DNA of 64,000 nucleotides from Candidatus Liminaster caballi (GCA_018065085.1 JAGHUA010000061.1:8991-72990); one strand, 5' to 3'; positions 44,238 to 54,986 are shown, counted from the first letter of the stretch. A program made the numbers and translations. The notes: generated from the letters alone by a model not told the origin.

Positions 44238-45095
44238 ATGGACGAGAAGATAGTAAACGAGCTCATTGACGAGCTTATCAAATTGTCATTTGCCGAAGAT
44301 ATCGGCGACGGTGATCATACCACACTGAGCAGCATTCCGGCTGATGCCATCGGTGCCCAGAAGCTTCTGGTGAAGGAAGAAGGCATCCTTGCAGGCGTAG
44401 AGATTGCAAAGCGTGTGTTCAATGCTTTCGACCCAACATTGAAGATGGAGGTGTTCATCGAGGATGGCGCTCATGTCAAACCTGGTGATATCGCTTTCAT
44501 CGTGACCGGCAAGGAGCAGTCGCTGCTTCAGACCGAACGTCTCATGCTCAACATCATGCAGCGCATGTCGGGCATCGCTACTATGACAGCCAAGTATGTC
44601 AAGGCTCTCGAAGGCACCAAGACACGTGTGCTCGATACTCGCAAGACCACTCCTGGTATGCGCATCCTTGAGAAGATGGCTGTGAAGATCGGTGGCGGTT
44701 GCAATCACCGCATCGGACTCTTCGATATGATTCTGTTGAAGGATAATCACGTTGATTTCGCAGGTGGCATCCATAATGCCGTACAGCGTGCCAAAGATTA
44801 CTGCGCTGCCAAGGGCAAGAACCTGAAGATTGAGGTTGAGGTGCGTAATTTCGAAGAGCTTGATCAGGCTCTGGCTGAAGGCGTGGATCGTATCATGTTC
44901 GATAACTTTACTCCTGCTGACACACGCAAGGCTGTCGAGATCGTTGGCGGTCGTTGCGAGACAGAGTCTTCCGGTGGCATCACTTATGACACAATGCTGC
45001 CATACGCACAGGCAGGCGTTGACTTCATATCATTCGGCGCTCTCACTCACTCTGTGAAAGGTCTTGATCTCAGCTTCAAGGCTGTGAAAGCTTAA
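44238..45095 (+). CDS. nadC: Nicotinate-nucleotide pyrophosphorylase (carboxylating)
   Basis: 285 aa. DTRKTTPGMRILEKMAVKIGGGCNHRIGLFDMILLKDNH is typical of QAPRTase. Confidence 0.9.
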   Translation: MDEKIVNELIDELIKLSFAEDIGDGDHTTLSSIPADAIGAQKLLVKEEGILAGVEIAKRVFNAFDPTLKMEVFIEDGAHVKPGDIAFIVTGKEQSLLQTERLMLNIMQRMSGIATMTAKYVKALEGTKTRVLDTRKTTPGMRILEKMAVKIGGGCNHRIGLFDMILLKDNHVDFAGGIHNAVQRAKDYCAAKGKNLKIEVEVRNFEELDQALAEGVDRIMFDNFTPADTRKAVEIVGGRCETESSGGITYDTMLPYAQAGVDFISFGALTHSVKGLDLSFKAVKA

Positions 45096-45156
45096 TAGAG
45101 GATCCTCGAAGTAAATATCGAGTTGGCGATTTAATCTAAGATCTGATTTAGCCTAA

Positions 45157-45196
45157 TAAAAAACTCCCGCATCCGTTAAAGATGCGGGAGTTTTTT
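45157..45196. terminator. Bidirectional rho-independent terminator between nadC and nqrF
   Basis: A-run, then the 10-bp perfect stem CTCCCGCATC/GATGCGGGAG with a 7-nt loop, then TTTTTT. Serves both convergent genes. Confidence 0.8.
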
Positions 45197-45209
45197 GTGT
45201 GGTGGCCTA

Positions 45210-46502
45210 TTAGCCGCCGAAGTTATCGAAGCGGATCATGTCGTCTTCAACACCGAGAGAGTGGAGGAGATCGAGCACGGTCTTAGCCATCATCGGAGGA
45301 CCGCAGAGGTAGTACTCACAGTCTTCTGGAGCATCGTGCTGCTTCAGGTAGGTGTCGCCCATTACTGGAGCTACGAAGCCTGGAGTGTACTTGATTCCAG
45401 CTGCATCTGCCTTTGGATCTGGACGGTCGAGGGCAAGATGGAAGTGGAAGTTAGGGAAGTCCTTCTCAAGCTGGAGGAAGTCATCGAGGAATGGAATCTC
45501 CCCAAGAGCGCGTGCACCGTAGAAGTAGTGCATTGGACGCTGACGATCCTCTGGAGCGATGCCATTGCCCTTGAGCATGTGCATAATCTGTGCACGGAGA
45601 GGAGCCATACCGGCACCACCACCGACCCAAATCATCTCGCGACCAGAACCATAAACAGGACGGAACTCACCGTAAGGACCTGACATGATAACCTTGTCGC
45701 CTGGCTTGAGGTTGAAGATGTAAGAAGATGCGATACCTGGGTTGACAGGCATGAAGTTGTTTGCATCTGGCTTTTGCTGCTCACGTGGCAGGAATGGAGG
45801 AGTTGCGATACGTACGTTAAGCGTGATGATATCGCCCTCGTCTGGGTAGTTAGCCATTGAGTAAGCACGGATTGTTGGCTCAGGGTTAGAGCAGTGGAGG
45901 TCGAAGAGGTGGAACTTCTCCCAAGCAGGAAGATAAGTGTCACCGATGAGAGAACGGTCGAAGTCCTTGTAATCGATCTCAAACTGTGGGATGCGGATCT
46001 GAGCGTACGAACCAGGTTCGAAGTTCATGTGCTCGCCAGCAGGCAGAGCCACCTTGTACTCCTTGATGAATGTAGCCACGTTCTTGTTGCCAATAACGGT
46101 GCATTCCCATTCCTTAACGCCGAATACGTCATCTGGTACTGTTACCTTTGCATTTTCCTTGATCTTCGACTGACAAGCGAGACGATAGTGCTGCTTGATC
46201 TGCTTACGAGTGAAGAAGCCGACCTCGGTAGGGAGGATATCACCGGCGCCTTCTTCGATGATGCACTTACACTGACCGCACTTACCGCCGCCACCGCAAG
46301 CTGAAGAAAGGAAGATACCACCTGACTGAAGTGCTGCAAGGGCAGTAGTGCCGATGCCTGCCTCAATCTGCTTCTTGCCATTGACATCAATGTTGATGTT
46401 GCCCGATGGAACAAGCCAAGCCTTGATGACGAGCAAGAGAGCTACGAGTATAAGAATAACTATCAAGAATACGATGATAGCAAAAATCATTGTAGATGTC
46501 AT
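45210..46502 (-). CDS. nqrF: Na+-translocating NADH:quinone oxidoreductase subunit F
   Basis: 430 aa with an N-terminal TM helix, 2Fe-2S motif CGGGGKCGQCKC and an FAD/NADH-binding C-terminus. Confidence 0.9.
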   Translation of the reverse strand: MTSTMIFAIIVFLIVILILVALLLVIKAWLVPSGNINIDVNGKKQIEAGIGTTALAALQSGGIFLSSACGGGGKCGQCKCIIEEGAGDILPTEVGFFTRKQIKQHYRLACQSKIKENAKVTVPDDVFGVKEWECTVIGNKNVATFIKEYKVALPAGEHMNFEPGSYAQIRIPQFEIDYKDFDRSLIGDTYLPAWEKFHLFDLHCSNPEPTIRAYSMANYPDEGDIITLNVRIATPPFLPREQQKPDANNFMPVNPGIASSYIFNLKPGDKVIMSGPYGEFRPVYGSGREMIWVGGGAGMAPLRAQIMHMLKGNGIAPEDRQRPMHYFYGARALGEIPFLDDFLQLEKDFPNFHFHLALDRPDPKADAAGIKYTPGFVAPVMGDTYLKQHDAPEDCEYYLCGPPMMAKTVLDLLHSLGVEDDMIRFDNFGG

Positions 46503-46538
46503 AATTAATTTCTAATTTTTGTTGGTGTTAATAATTAA

Positions 46539-47135
46539 TTATAACTGGATGCCGCTGAAGCTGAGGAAGGCAATAGCCATCAAGCCAGTGGCGATGAAGG
46601 TGATACCGAGACCCTTGAGAGGAGCAGGAATGTGGCTGTAAGACAACTTCTCGCGGATGGCTGCGATACAAGCGATGGCGAAGAGCCAGCCGATACCAGA
46701 GCCAAGTGCATAGACTGCAGCATAGCCAATGTTCTCAAACTCCTTCTGCTGCATGAAGAGCGAGCCACCGAGGATGGCGCAGTTCACAGCGATGAGTGGG
46801 AGGAAGATACCAAGTGAACCGTAGAGAGCAGGGAAGAACTTCTCGACAACCATCTCAACAATCTGAACGATGGCAGCAATAACTGCGATGAACACGATGA
46901 ACGAGAGGTATGAGAGGTCGATGCCTTCGCCAAAGTAACCTGGCTTGAGCACTGTCTCATTGAGCAGGTAGTTGACAGGCAGGGTGACGAGCAACACGAA
47001 TGTTACGGCTGCACCGAGGCCAACGGCTGTCTTTACAGTCTTTGACACTGCAAGGTAAGAACACATACCAAGGAACAGTGCAAAGATCATATTGTCGATA
47101 AAGATCGACTTAACGAATAGATTTAAATATTCCAT
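46539..47135 (-). CDS. nqrE: Na+-NQR subunit E
   Basis: 198-aa polytopic protein in the Rnf/Nqr D/E family pattern. Assigned by operon position. Confidence 0.9.
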   Translation of the reverse strand: MEYLNLFVKSIFIDNMIFALFLGMCSYLAVSKTVKTAVGLGAAVTFVLLVTLPVNYLLNETVLKPGYFGEGIDLSYLSFIVFIAVIAAIVQIVEMVVEKFFPALYGSLGIFLPLIAVNCAILGGSLFMQQKEFENIGYAAVYALGSGIGWLFAIACIAAIREKLSYSHIPAPLKGLGITFIATGLMAIAFLSFSGIQL

Positions 47136-47147
47136 AGTACAGTGTTA

Positions 47148-47777
47148 TTATTTATCTTGAAGGTCTGGATTCTTGGCACGGAGGTACCAGATGATGCAAC
47201 CAAGGAGAATCAGGGCAGCTGATGGCATCACGAAGAAGCCGCAGTTCTGATATCCGTCGTAGCCTGCCTCGTTGACGAAGCGTGCGATGACGTCAAAACC
47301 GAACAGTGTGCCTGAACCAAAGAACTCACGGAAGGTGGCAACAACGAAAAGGATGATGGCATAGCCAAGACCGTTTCCGAGACCGTCGAGGAGGGCAGGC
47401 CAAGGCTTGTTGCCAAGGGCGAATGCCTCAAGACGACCCATGAGGATACAGTTGGTAATGATAAGACCAACATATACCGAGAGCTGCTTGCTGACCTCGA
47501 AAGCGTAAGCCTTGAGAATCTGGTTGACGATAATTACGAGAGCTGCTACAACCACGAGCTGTACGATGATTCGGATACGGTTCGGAATTGTGTTGCGCAG
47601 CAGTGAGATGATCACGTTGGCAAATGCAAGTACGCAGGTGAGGGAGATACCCATCACGAGGGCTGGCTTCATCTGTGTGGTTACAGCGAGAGCCGAGCAG
47701 ATGCCGAGAACCTGTACTACGACAGGGTTGTTTGTCCAAAGTGGACCGGTGAAAACACCGGGTTTCTTTTCTGCCAT
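47148..47777 (-). CDS. nqrD: Na+-NQR subunit D
   Basis: 209-aa polytopic protein with the NPV.VQVLGICSALAVT motif. Confidence 0.9.
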   Translation of the reverse strand: MAEKKPGVFTGPLWTNNPVVVQVLGICSALAVTTQMKPALVMGISLTCVLAFANVIISLLRNTIPNRIRIIVQLVVVAALVIIVNQILKAYAFEVSKQLSVYVGLIITNCILMGRLEAFALGNKPWPALLDGLGNGLGYAIILFVVATFREFFGSGTLFGFDVIARFVNEAGYDGYQNCGFFVMPSAALILLGCIIWYLRAKNPDLQDK

Positions 47778-47783
47778 AATTGT

Positions 47784-48635
47784 TTATTTGTTTTCAGGTT
47801 CAACATTCTCACAAGACTCACCCTTGCAGTAGCCTTCGCCCTCACCGCAGCATGGAGCTGCAGCCTCGCCACAGCACTCTGTTGAGAGAGCCATTGGCTT
47901 GATGCTGAGGAGGAAGTTCTTATAGCCCGAAAGTGAGTTGAACATCATGACGCTTACGCAGTCAGATGTCTTTGTAGCACCAGTGATGCAGTCAACGTGT
48001 TCGCCGCCTGCAACAAAGCGGTTGGCCTTGCCTGGCTTATTTACGTCGATAGAGGCGAGTTCGCCGTCTTTCCATACGTTCTTGCCACAGAATGCGGCAG
48101 CGAAGTTAGGATCGTCCTTGATCTTAGCACCAAGACCTGCGGTCTCACCGGCATGGTCGAACGAGCAGCCATAAACCTGACCCTCTGCATCGACTGCGAT
48201 ATAACCCCAGATAGCATCCCAAAGACCGGCGCCATACATACACATTATATAATATGTAGTACCACCGACGTTAGCGCAGAATACTGGAAGCTGGGCATCG
48301 GCCTTAACCTCGCCCTTTGAGAACTGCTGCTTGGCAACAAGTTCGAATACATTAACGCCCTCAAGCTGGTTGCCCTCGACGTTAACAGCGAGCAGGTTCT
48401 GATCCATGTTGAGCTCGTCCCAGATCTGTGCGGCATTGTCGAGAGTGACATCCTTGCCAAGTACAGAGCTGATTGAAGAGAGGATCTGCTGCTTCTTCTC
48501 GTTGTCAGAGTTTGCCTTCTGCTGTGGAGCCAGACCTACGGCAGCCACGGTAAGCAGAACGGCAACGAGAACTGTCAAAACGGTAGCGTAAATGACAGTA
48601 TATACATTTGAATTACGATTCAGTGCCATAGTCAT
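47784..48635 (-). CDS. nqrC: Na+-NQR subunit C with a Cys-rich C-terminal tail
   Basis: 283 aa with an N-terminal TM helix and the FMN attachment motif ITGATKTSD. Carries an extra tail ECCGEAAAPCCGEGEGYCKGESCENVEPENK. Confidence 0.85.
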   Translation of the reverse strand: MTMALNRNSNVYTVIYATVLTVLVAVLLTVAAVGLAPQQKANSDNEKKQQILSSISSVLGKDVTLDNAAQIWDELNMDQNLLAVNVEGNQLEGVNVFELVAKQQFSKGEVKADAQLPVFCANVGGTTYYIMCMYGAGLWDAIWGYIAVDAEGQVYGCSFDHAGETAGLGAKIKDDPNFAAAFCGKNVWKDGELASIDVNKPGKANRFVAGGEHVDCITGATKTSDCVSVMMFNSLSGYKNFLLSIKPMALSTECCGEAAAPCCGEGEGYCKGESCENVEPENK

Positions 48636-49808
48636 TTAAGCTTTTACGCGCTTTGCACGCTTGTTAATATTTGCGTCAACAACATAGTAGTCGATAAGTG
48701 GAGCAACGGCATTACCAAGGAGTACTGCCATCATTGCGCCTTCTGGATAACCAGTGTTGAACATACGGATGATGATAGCCATTACACCGATGAAGGCACC
48801 ATAGATGAACTTGCCGGTGTTGGTGCGGCAGCCAGTGACAGGGTCAGTGGCCATGAACACAGCTGCGAATGCGAAACCACCGAGGCAGAGCTGCTGGGCA
48901 ACTGTTGGAGCCGACTCAGAGCAGGCACCGATGATTGCCGACATCACTGCACCGCCAGCAAATACGCTGAGCATGATGCGCCATGAAGCAACCTTGGTGA
49001 TGAGCAGGAGAGCTGCACCGAGGAGGATTGCCAATGTAGATGTCTCAGCGATAGAACCAGGGATGCAACCGAGGAAGGCGTCCATTGTAGAGTAGGTGGC
49101 AGCGTCGAACGAGCCATCAGCTACCTGTGCAAGTGGAGTAGCGCCTGAGAAACCATCGATAACCGTAGTGCCCTCGATAGGATCGTTGTTCCACCAGTTG
49201 CCGGTACGTACGAATACGTTGTCGCCTGACATTGCCTTTGGATAGGCGAAGAACAGGAAGGCACGGGTGATGAGAGCAGGGTTGAAGATGTTCATACCTG
49301 TACCACCAAAGATCTCCTTAGCGAATACTACAGAGAAGGCAGTGGCAACAGCAATCATCCAAAGAGGAGTGTTGACTGGCACAATCATTGGGATGAGGAG
49401 ACCTGTGGCAAGGAAACCTTCTGCCACCTCCTCACGCTTGCAAGCAGCAACGGCCATCTCGATACCGAGACCAACTACGTAGCTGACTACAACCTTAGGA
49501 AGGAATGCGCCAAAACCATAGAGGAACTGCATGAACCAGCCGTCGTTGATGCCGAGGGCGAGGTCGTGCTGATAACCAACGTTCCAGCAGCCAAAAAGCA
49601 GAGCAGGAACCAAAGCGAGAATCACCATGATGATGACGCGCTTCGAATCGACTGAGTCGTGAACCTGCACACCCTTGCGGCCTGCAGTGTGACGTGGAAC
49701 GAAGAGGAAGGTATGGAAGCTGTCATAGATAGACCAGAACTTCTCATATTTGCCGCCTTTTTCGAAATTAGGGGCAATCTTTTCTTCAATAAAATCGTTA
49801 AGCTTCAT
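48636..49808 (-). CDS. nqrB: Na+-NQR subunit B
   Basis: 390-aa polytopic protein with the SGATPL FMN-site motif (FSGATPLAQ). Confidence 0.9.
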   Translation of the reverse strand: MKLNDFIEEKIAPNFEKGGKYEKFWSIYDSFHTFLFVPRHTAGRKGVQVHDSVDSKRVIIMVILALVPALLFGCWNVGYQHDLALGINDGWFMQFLYGFGAFLPKVVVSYVVGLGIEMAVAACKREEVAEGFLATGLLIPMIVPVNTPLWMIAVATAFSVVFAKEIFGGTGMNIFNPALITRAFLFFAYPKAMSGDNVFVRTGNWWNNDPIEGTTVIDGFSGATPLAQVADGSFDAATYSTMDAFLGCIPGSIAETSTLAILLGAALLLITKVASWRIMLSVFAGGAVMSAIIGACSESAPTVAQQLCLGGFAFAAVFMATDPVTGCRTNTGKFIYGAFIGVMAIIIRMFNTGYPEGAMMAVLLGNAVAPLIDYYVVDANINKRAKRVKA

Positions 49809-49811
49809 GAC

Positions 49812-51164
49812 TTATTCCATCTCTTTACGAAGTTTAACAAGACCGTCGGCGATCACCTGCTGAACAGGGGTCTTCGAGGTACATACGAACTCACAGAGAG
49901 CAAAGTCTTCAGGAGCAACCTCATAGATGCCCAGTGCCTCCATCTTGTCGATGTCATAGGCGAGGACTGCCTTATAGAGATGCTCTGGATAAATATCCAT
50001 AGGGAAGACCTTCTCCCATTCGCCACTTACGATAAGTGCACGAGGACCGCCCTTGAGACGGGCATCCAATGTCCACTTCTTGCTCTTGAACAGGCCGAAG
50101 AGACCTGAGAGACCGGTGTGGCTTACAGAATAGCGGTTGAGACCTGGAGTGATCCAGCCGAACAGCTCGTCGGTTGTGCCGCCGTCAGGGATGACGGTAA
50201 CGGTGTTGTCATAGAATCCTACGACACCCTGCTTGCCGGCGTTCTGACCTGTCAGGACGTTGCCTGCGATCCAGCGCTGCTCATACTCTGTCTGTTTTAC
50301 CTTGCCGTTGAGCACACTTTCGAGGCTCTGGCCTGGCAATACCTTAGCATAGCCTGGAGTTACGATTTCCGAACCTGCTACGGTGATGGTGCGTGTGAAG
50401 TCAGCCTTGCCAGCCAATACACGGCCAATGACGATCACGTCGAAGGCGCTGACTGTCCAGACAACCTCGCCCTTGTTTACAGGCTTGATGTGGTTGATCT
50501 GTACGCCAACGTTGCCTGCTGGGTGAGGACCTGCGAACTCTACCACCTCAGCATCCTTGAGCTGAAGGCCGCTGCCAGCCTTTGCGCCGACATAAACCTT
50601 ACCGGCGGTGAGCTTTGCGAGAGCCGAGATACCGCGCTGGAGATCCTCCTCCTGACCCTTGACTACGAATGAGAAGTCTGGGGCGAGAGGTGCAGTGTCC
50701 ATTGCAGTGACGAAGATGTCGCGTGGCTCGCAGTCAGGGTTGGCCACCACGCAGTATGGACGCTGCTTGATGAATGGCCACACACCGGCATTGAGCAATG
50801 CAGACTTGATCTCGTCAGCCTTGGCGCTTGCAGGATTAACAGCAGGAAGTTCTACACTTGTGCCCTTGCCATCATTTGCGATGACGATGCCAAGCACTTT
50901 GCGTCGCTCGCCACGTACGACCTCCTCAAGGGTGCCGCTGACAGGGCTCACGAACTTAATCTCAGGATGAAGCTTGTCGGTGAAGATTACATCTCCAGCC
51001 TTCACAGCCTCTCCGGCCTTGACGGCAATCTTAGGAGTAATGCCAGAGAAGTCATCTGGAACGAGAGTCACCTTATCGGCGGCTTTCGTGCTGACATACT
51101 TCTGTTCAGCATCACCTGCAAGATTGATGTCCAAGCCTTTGTTAAGCTTAATTAAACTTGCCAT
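49812..51164 (-). CDS. nqrA: Na+-NQR subunit A
   Basis: 450-aa soluble subunit with an NqrA-type N-terminus (IKLNKGLDINLAGDAE). First gene of the operon. Confidence 0.9.
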   Translation of the reverse strand: MASLIKLNKGLDINLAGDAEQKYVSTKAADKVTLVPDDFSGITPKIAVKAGEAVKAGDVIFTDKLHPEIKFVSPVSGTLEEVVRGERRKVLGIVIANDGKGTSVELPAVNPASAKADEIKSALLNAGVWPFIKQRPYCVVANPDCEPRDIFVTAMDTAPLAPDFSFVVKGQEEDLQRGISALAKLTAGKVYVGAKAGSGLQLKDAEVVEFAGPHPAGNVGVQINHIKPVNKGEVVWTVSAFDVIVIGRVLAGKADFTRTITVAGSEIVTPGYAKVLPGQSLESVLNGKVKQTEYEQRWIAGNVLTGQNAGKQGVVGFYDNTVTVIPDGGTTDELFGWITPGLNRYSVSHTGLSGLFGLFKSKKWTLDARLKGGPRALIVSGEWEKVFPMDIYPEHLYKAVLAYDIDKMEALGIYEVAPEDFALCEFVCTSKTPVQQVIADGLVKLRKEME

Positions 51165-51397
51165 TAGTTGTGATTAATATGAATGATTAATAATTTATTT
51201 CGCTAATACGTCACAAAAGAATCATAGATATCATTGCGTACTTGCGGCGCGAAGATAATGATTTTTTTGATATTTTACATGCTTACATTTATATATTTTG
51301 GTTTGTAAATGCCATTGAGCAATGTTAAAATCAGAGTTTGAAAGTTTCACTTGTCAAATTTTCAGTGTGTTTTCTTGGATAAATGATTTTTTTTATG

Positions 51398-51405
51398 TAA
51401 TTTTG
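51398..51405 (+). promoter_or_regulatory. Bacteroidetes -7 promoter box (TAATTTTG)
   Basis: Matches TAnnTTTG ~80 nt upstream of the porP ORF start. Confidence 0.4.
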
Positions 51406-51485
51406 CGCCCGTAAAAAGAGTGAATAAATGACTGGAATGCGACTGCAGAATTGCAATATGCTTTCCTCAAAATAACAAAGGTCTT

Positions 51486-52451
51486 TTGTCGCGCGTACAT
51501 TTATATATTTATATAGTCCTGGCTGTCCTTGTCTGCACGCAGTGCCGATTAGGTCGTCTCATGGCTCAAAACGACCCGCAGATAGGCATGTATTGGGCTG
51601 TTCCGACTCTTTATAATCCTGCCTCGGCCGGTACTGACTCTGCCCTTCATATCACGGCGCTTGACCGTATGCAGTGGGTCGGCGTCAAGAATGCTCCGCG
51701 CACATTCTTCGCTTCTCTCGATCTGCCATTCAAGGTTCGCCAGTCGCGTCATGGCGTAGGCGTGTCGGTCATGAACGATCAGGCAGGTCTATTCAATACC
51801 ACACAGCTCGGTGCGCAGTATTCTCATAGTTTTGCGCTATGGGGTGGCAGACTTGCGCTCGGTCTTCAGGCAGGCATGGTCAATCAGGCTTTCCGTGGAG
51901 GCGATATTTACATGCCTGATGGAGATGCGTGGGATCGTCAGGATGACGGACTTCCTACGGGCGATATCTCCGGTATGACCTTCGATTGTGGTTTTGGAGC
52001 CTACTATGAGTGTCCATGGTTCTATGCAGGTCTTTCTGCTCAACATCTTACCGGCGGAGCTATCGATTTGGACGAATATGCATACACAGAATTGACGCGT
52101 ACATACTTTTTTAATGTCGGATGCAATATTCCGATAAAACGCTCGTTATTATTAGTGCAACCTTCCATTTTGGTCAAAACAACCTTTCAGGCATTGCAGA
52201 CCGACTACAACCTGCGAGTCTTGTACGATCGGAAGTTCTGGGGAGGAATCACCTTCCGTCCGGGTGATGCGGTAGTGCTTATGGTGGGCGCCAATGTGGG
52301 CAATATTGTGCTCGGTTATGGCTACGACATCGGCATTTCTCCGCTTGCTAAGGCTTCGAACGGCAGCCACGAACTGATGGTCACCTATTCGATGAAGCTC
52401 GATTTGGACAAGAAGAAACAGCACGCCCATAAGTCTATCAGAATTCTGTGA
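51486..52451 (+). CDS. porP: T9SS membrane protein PorP/SprF
   Basis: 321 aa. QNDPQIGMYWAVPTLYNPASAG and DRMQWVGVKNAPRT match the PorP/SprF signature. The only in-frame start before the signal region is the TTG at 51486, so the start is uncertain. Confidence 0.8.
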   Translation: MSRVHLYIYIVLAVLVCTQCRLGRLMAQNDPQIGMYWAVPTLYNPASAGTDSALHITALDRMQWVGVKNAPRTFFASLDLPFKVRQSRHGVGVSVMNDQAGLFNTTQLGAQYSHSFALWGGRLALGLQAGMVNQAFRGGDIYMPDGDAWDRQDDGLPTGDISGMTFDCGFGAYYECPWFYAGLSAQHLTGGAIDLDEYAYTELTRTYFFNVGCNIPIKRSLLLVQPSILVKTTFQALQTDYNLRVLYDRKFWGGITFRPGDAVVLMVGANVGNIVLGYGYDIGISPLAKASNGSHELMVTYSMKLDLDKKKQHAHKSIRIL

Positions 52452-52517
52452 CGTCATTCATGACATTCTCTACAGGGCTGCTGCAATTCAAACCGATTGA
52501 CAGTAAAAAGATATAAA

Positions 52518-54041
52518 ATGAAGAAAATTCTTCTGACAATGGCAGCCCTGGCTGCAGTTTTATTGCTCCACACCTCGTGCTCCAAGTCGCTTAGCGGCGG
52601 TGGAGGCGGTGAGGTTACCGGTGTGCGAGGCAGGGCTTGGAACGAACCACAGCCTTACGGAATGGTGCTCGTGAAGCGCGGATCTATACAGGTCGGTGCG
52701 CAGGAGCAGGATAGTCTCTGGGGCGATCTCCCTGAGGCAAAGGGCGTATCGGTCGATGCATTCTGGATGGACGAAAAGGAGGTCTCAAATGCTCTTTATC
52801 GTCAGTTCGTATTCTATGTGCGTGACTCCATCATCCGCGAGCGTCTTGCTGATCCTGCCTACGGTGGCAACGACGATTTCAAGATCACCGAGGATAAGTA
52901 TGGCGAGGCCGTCACACCACACCTCAACTGGTCAAAGCCTATTCCTTGGCGCAAGCCTAACGAAGATGAGCAGAGAGCCATTGAGAGTGTCTATGTGACA
53001 GATCCTATCACGGGCAGGAAGATGCTCGATGCAAGTCAGATGTACTTCCGCTATGAGGTGTTCGACTACAAGTCGTATGCCCAGCGCCGCTACCGTCTCG
53101 ATGCCGAGCGTCGTAACTACAACACCGACATTCCTGTAAACTATAACGAGGAGATTCTCATCTCAAAGGACACAGCGTTTATCGATGATGATGGACACAT
53201 CGTTTCGAACGTCATCGAGCGACCATTGTCCAGCGCATACGACTTCCTCAACACTTACATTGTCAATATCTATCCCGACACCACTGTTTGGGTCAATGAC
53301 TTTGCCAACGCATACACCGAGCAGTACTCGCGTTATTACTTCTCGAACCCAATCTATGACGACTATCCGGTGGTAGGCGTAAGCTGGGAGCAGGCAAATG
53401 CCTTCTGTGCGTGGCGTACAGAATATCTTAAGTCGAGCTACGGAATGCGAGGTATCGAGGTCGAGCCTTTCCGTCTGCCAACCGAGGCAGAATGGGAGTA
53501 TGCCGCACGTGCCGGAAACAACGACCAGCGCTACAGCTGGAAGACTGACGTCACACGCACTGAGAAAGGTTGTTTCAATGGTAACTTCAAGCCTGGCGAT
53601 GGCGACTATTCTAAGGATGGCTACATCATCACTTCGCCTGTAGGAGCCTACAGTTCGAATGACTTCGGTCTTTACGATATGTCGGGCAATGTGGCTGAAT
53701 GGACATCGACAGCATGGTCGGAGAGTGGCGTACAGAGCACAGCCGACATCAACCCTGACTATCAGTATCAGGCTGCTGCCAACGATCCATACCGCCTGAA
53801 GCGCAAGGTGATTCGTGGCGGTTCATGGAAGGATGCCAGCCACTATGTGCGTGCCGATGTGCGTACGTGGGAATATCAGAATGAACAGCGTTCGTTTGTA
53901 GGTTTCCGATGTGTGCGCACATATCTTGGCACCAACAAGGTGAACGTCAAGAGCGGAGGCGCGAAGAAGTCAACGAAAGGTTCTTCACCTGCACCTAAGC
54001 AGCGTTCCGGTGGAGGAGGTTCACGTTCGGTAAGACGATAA
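52518..54041 (+). CDS. porK: T9SS lipoprotein PorK/GldK (FGE-sulfatase fold)
   Basis: Lipoprotein signal MKKILLTMAALAAVLLLHTSC at 52518. FWMDEKEVSNALYRQF and RGGSWKD motifs. Assigned by operon order. Confidence 0.9.
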   Translation: MKKILLTMAALAAVLLLHTSCSKSLSGGGGGEVTGVRGRAWNEPQPYGMVLVKRGSIQVGAQEQDSLWGDLPEAKGVSVDAFWMDEKEVSNALYRQFVFYVRDSIIRERLADPAYGGNDDFKITEDKYGEAVTPHLNWSKPIPWRKPNEDEQRAIESVYVTDPITGRKMLDASQMYFRYEVFDYKSYAQRRYRLDAERRNYNTDIPVNYNEEILISKDTAFIDDDGHIVSNVIERPLSSAYDFLNTYIVNIYPDTTVWVNDFANAYTEQYSRYYFSNPIYDDYPVVGVSWEQANAFCAWRTEYLKSSYGMRGIEVEPFRLPTEAEWEYAARAGNNDQRYSWKTDVTRTEKGCFNGNFKPGDGDYSKDGYIITSPVGAYSSNDFGLYDMSGNVAEWTSTAWSESGVQSTADINPDYQYQAAANDPYRLKRKVIRGGSWKDASHYVRADVRTWEYQNEQRSFVGFRCVRTYLGTNKVNVKSGGAKKSTKGSSPAPKQRSGGGGSRSVRR

Positions 54042-54141
54042 GGCTGACTGACGTCCCTTTCCAATTCCATTGATACTTTTTCACTTCCCCAAACATCCCT
54101 TTCACACCACTTATACAACCCTTTTCTAAAACTTCACAATC

Positions 54142-54969
54142 ATGAAACTGAAAAGAAAGACATTGCTTAGTCCTAAGACTTTCAATTATCTATATAGTAT
54201 TGGCGCAGCAGTCGTAATCCTCGGCTCACTGTTCAAGCTCCTCCATCTTCCAGGCGCTGACCTTATGCTCATCATCGGTATGGGTACAGAGGCATTCATC
54301 TTCTTCATGTCGGCATTCGACGAACCGTCGAAGGAGCCTAATTGGGACAATATCTATCCTGGTATCTATGATACAGACCTTACTGCCGAAGAGAAAGCCG
54401 AACTCGCAGCCCGTCATGAGAGCACAGCCGGTGTTCCTGGTGCTACGACCATCATTGGCGGCGGAGTTGTTAGCGGTTCAGAGACACTTGCCGGCGGCGG
54501 CACACTCGTTCTTGGCAGCATGAATGTCGGTACTACCGATGGTCCAGCACCGACAGTCACTGGCGGCAGCCTTAATCTCACAGCCGATCAGGCCGATCAG
54601 GTAGCTGTTGCCACCGAGAAGTATGTACGCCAGCTCAACGAAATAAACGCCTCGCTCGAAAAGCTTTCTTTGGCAATGAGTGGCGTTGGAGCTGACGATA
54701 CCTATGCTCAGCAGATTGCCCAGCTTAACCGCAACATCCAGGGTCTTAACACTATGTACGAGATACAGCTGAAGAGCGTTTCGTCACAGCTGACAACCAT
54801 CGAGGAGGTAAACCGCGGCCTCAACAATATCCGTTCGCTTTACGAGAACGGACAGAACGACAGCTATCGCATCCGTCAGGAGAGCGACCAGCTGGCTCGC
54901 AACCTCCAGCAGCTCAATGAGGTCTATGCACGTATGCTTCAGGCCATGACAGTAGGTAAGACATTGTGA
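54142..54969 (+). CDS. porL: T9SS motor protein PorL/GldL
   Basis: 275 aa. YSIGAAVVILGSLFKLLHLPGADLMLIIGMGTEAFIFFMSAFDEP is typical of GldL. Confidence 0.85.
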   Translation: MKLKRKTLLSPKTFNYLYSIGAAVVILGSLFKLLHLPGADLMLIIGMGTEAFIFFMSAFDEPSKEPNWDNIYPGIYDTDLTAEEKAELAARHESTAGVPGATTIIGGGVVSGSETLAGGGTLVLGSMNVGTTDGPAPTVTGGSLNLTADQADQVAVATEKYVRQLNEINASLEKLSLAMSGVGADDTYAQQIAQLNRNIQGLNTMYEIQLKSVSSQLTTIEEVNRGLNNIRSLYENGQNDSYRIRQESDQLARNLQQLNEVYARMLQAMTVGKTL

Positions 54970-54986
54970 TACTTAATTAATCAGAA

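Noticed and set aside
51165-51485. Possible riboswitch or sRNA in the 320-bp divergent region between nqrA and porP.
   Set aside because: The region is AT-rich and I found no extended complementary stems or conserved-looking motifs. It probably holds only the two divergent promoters.
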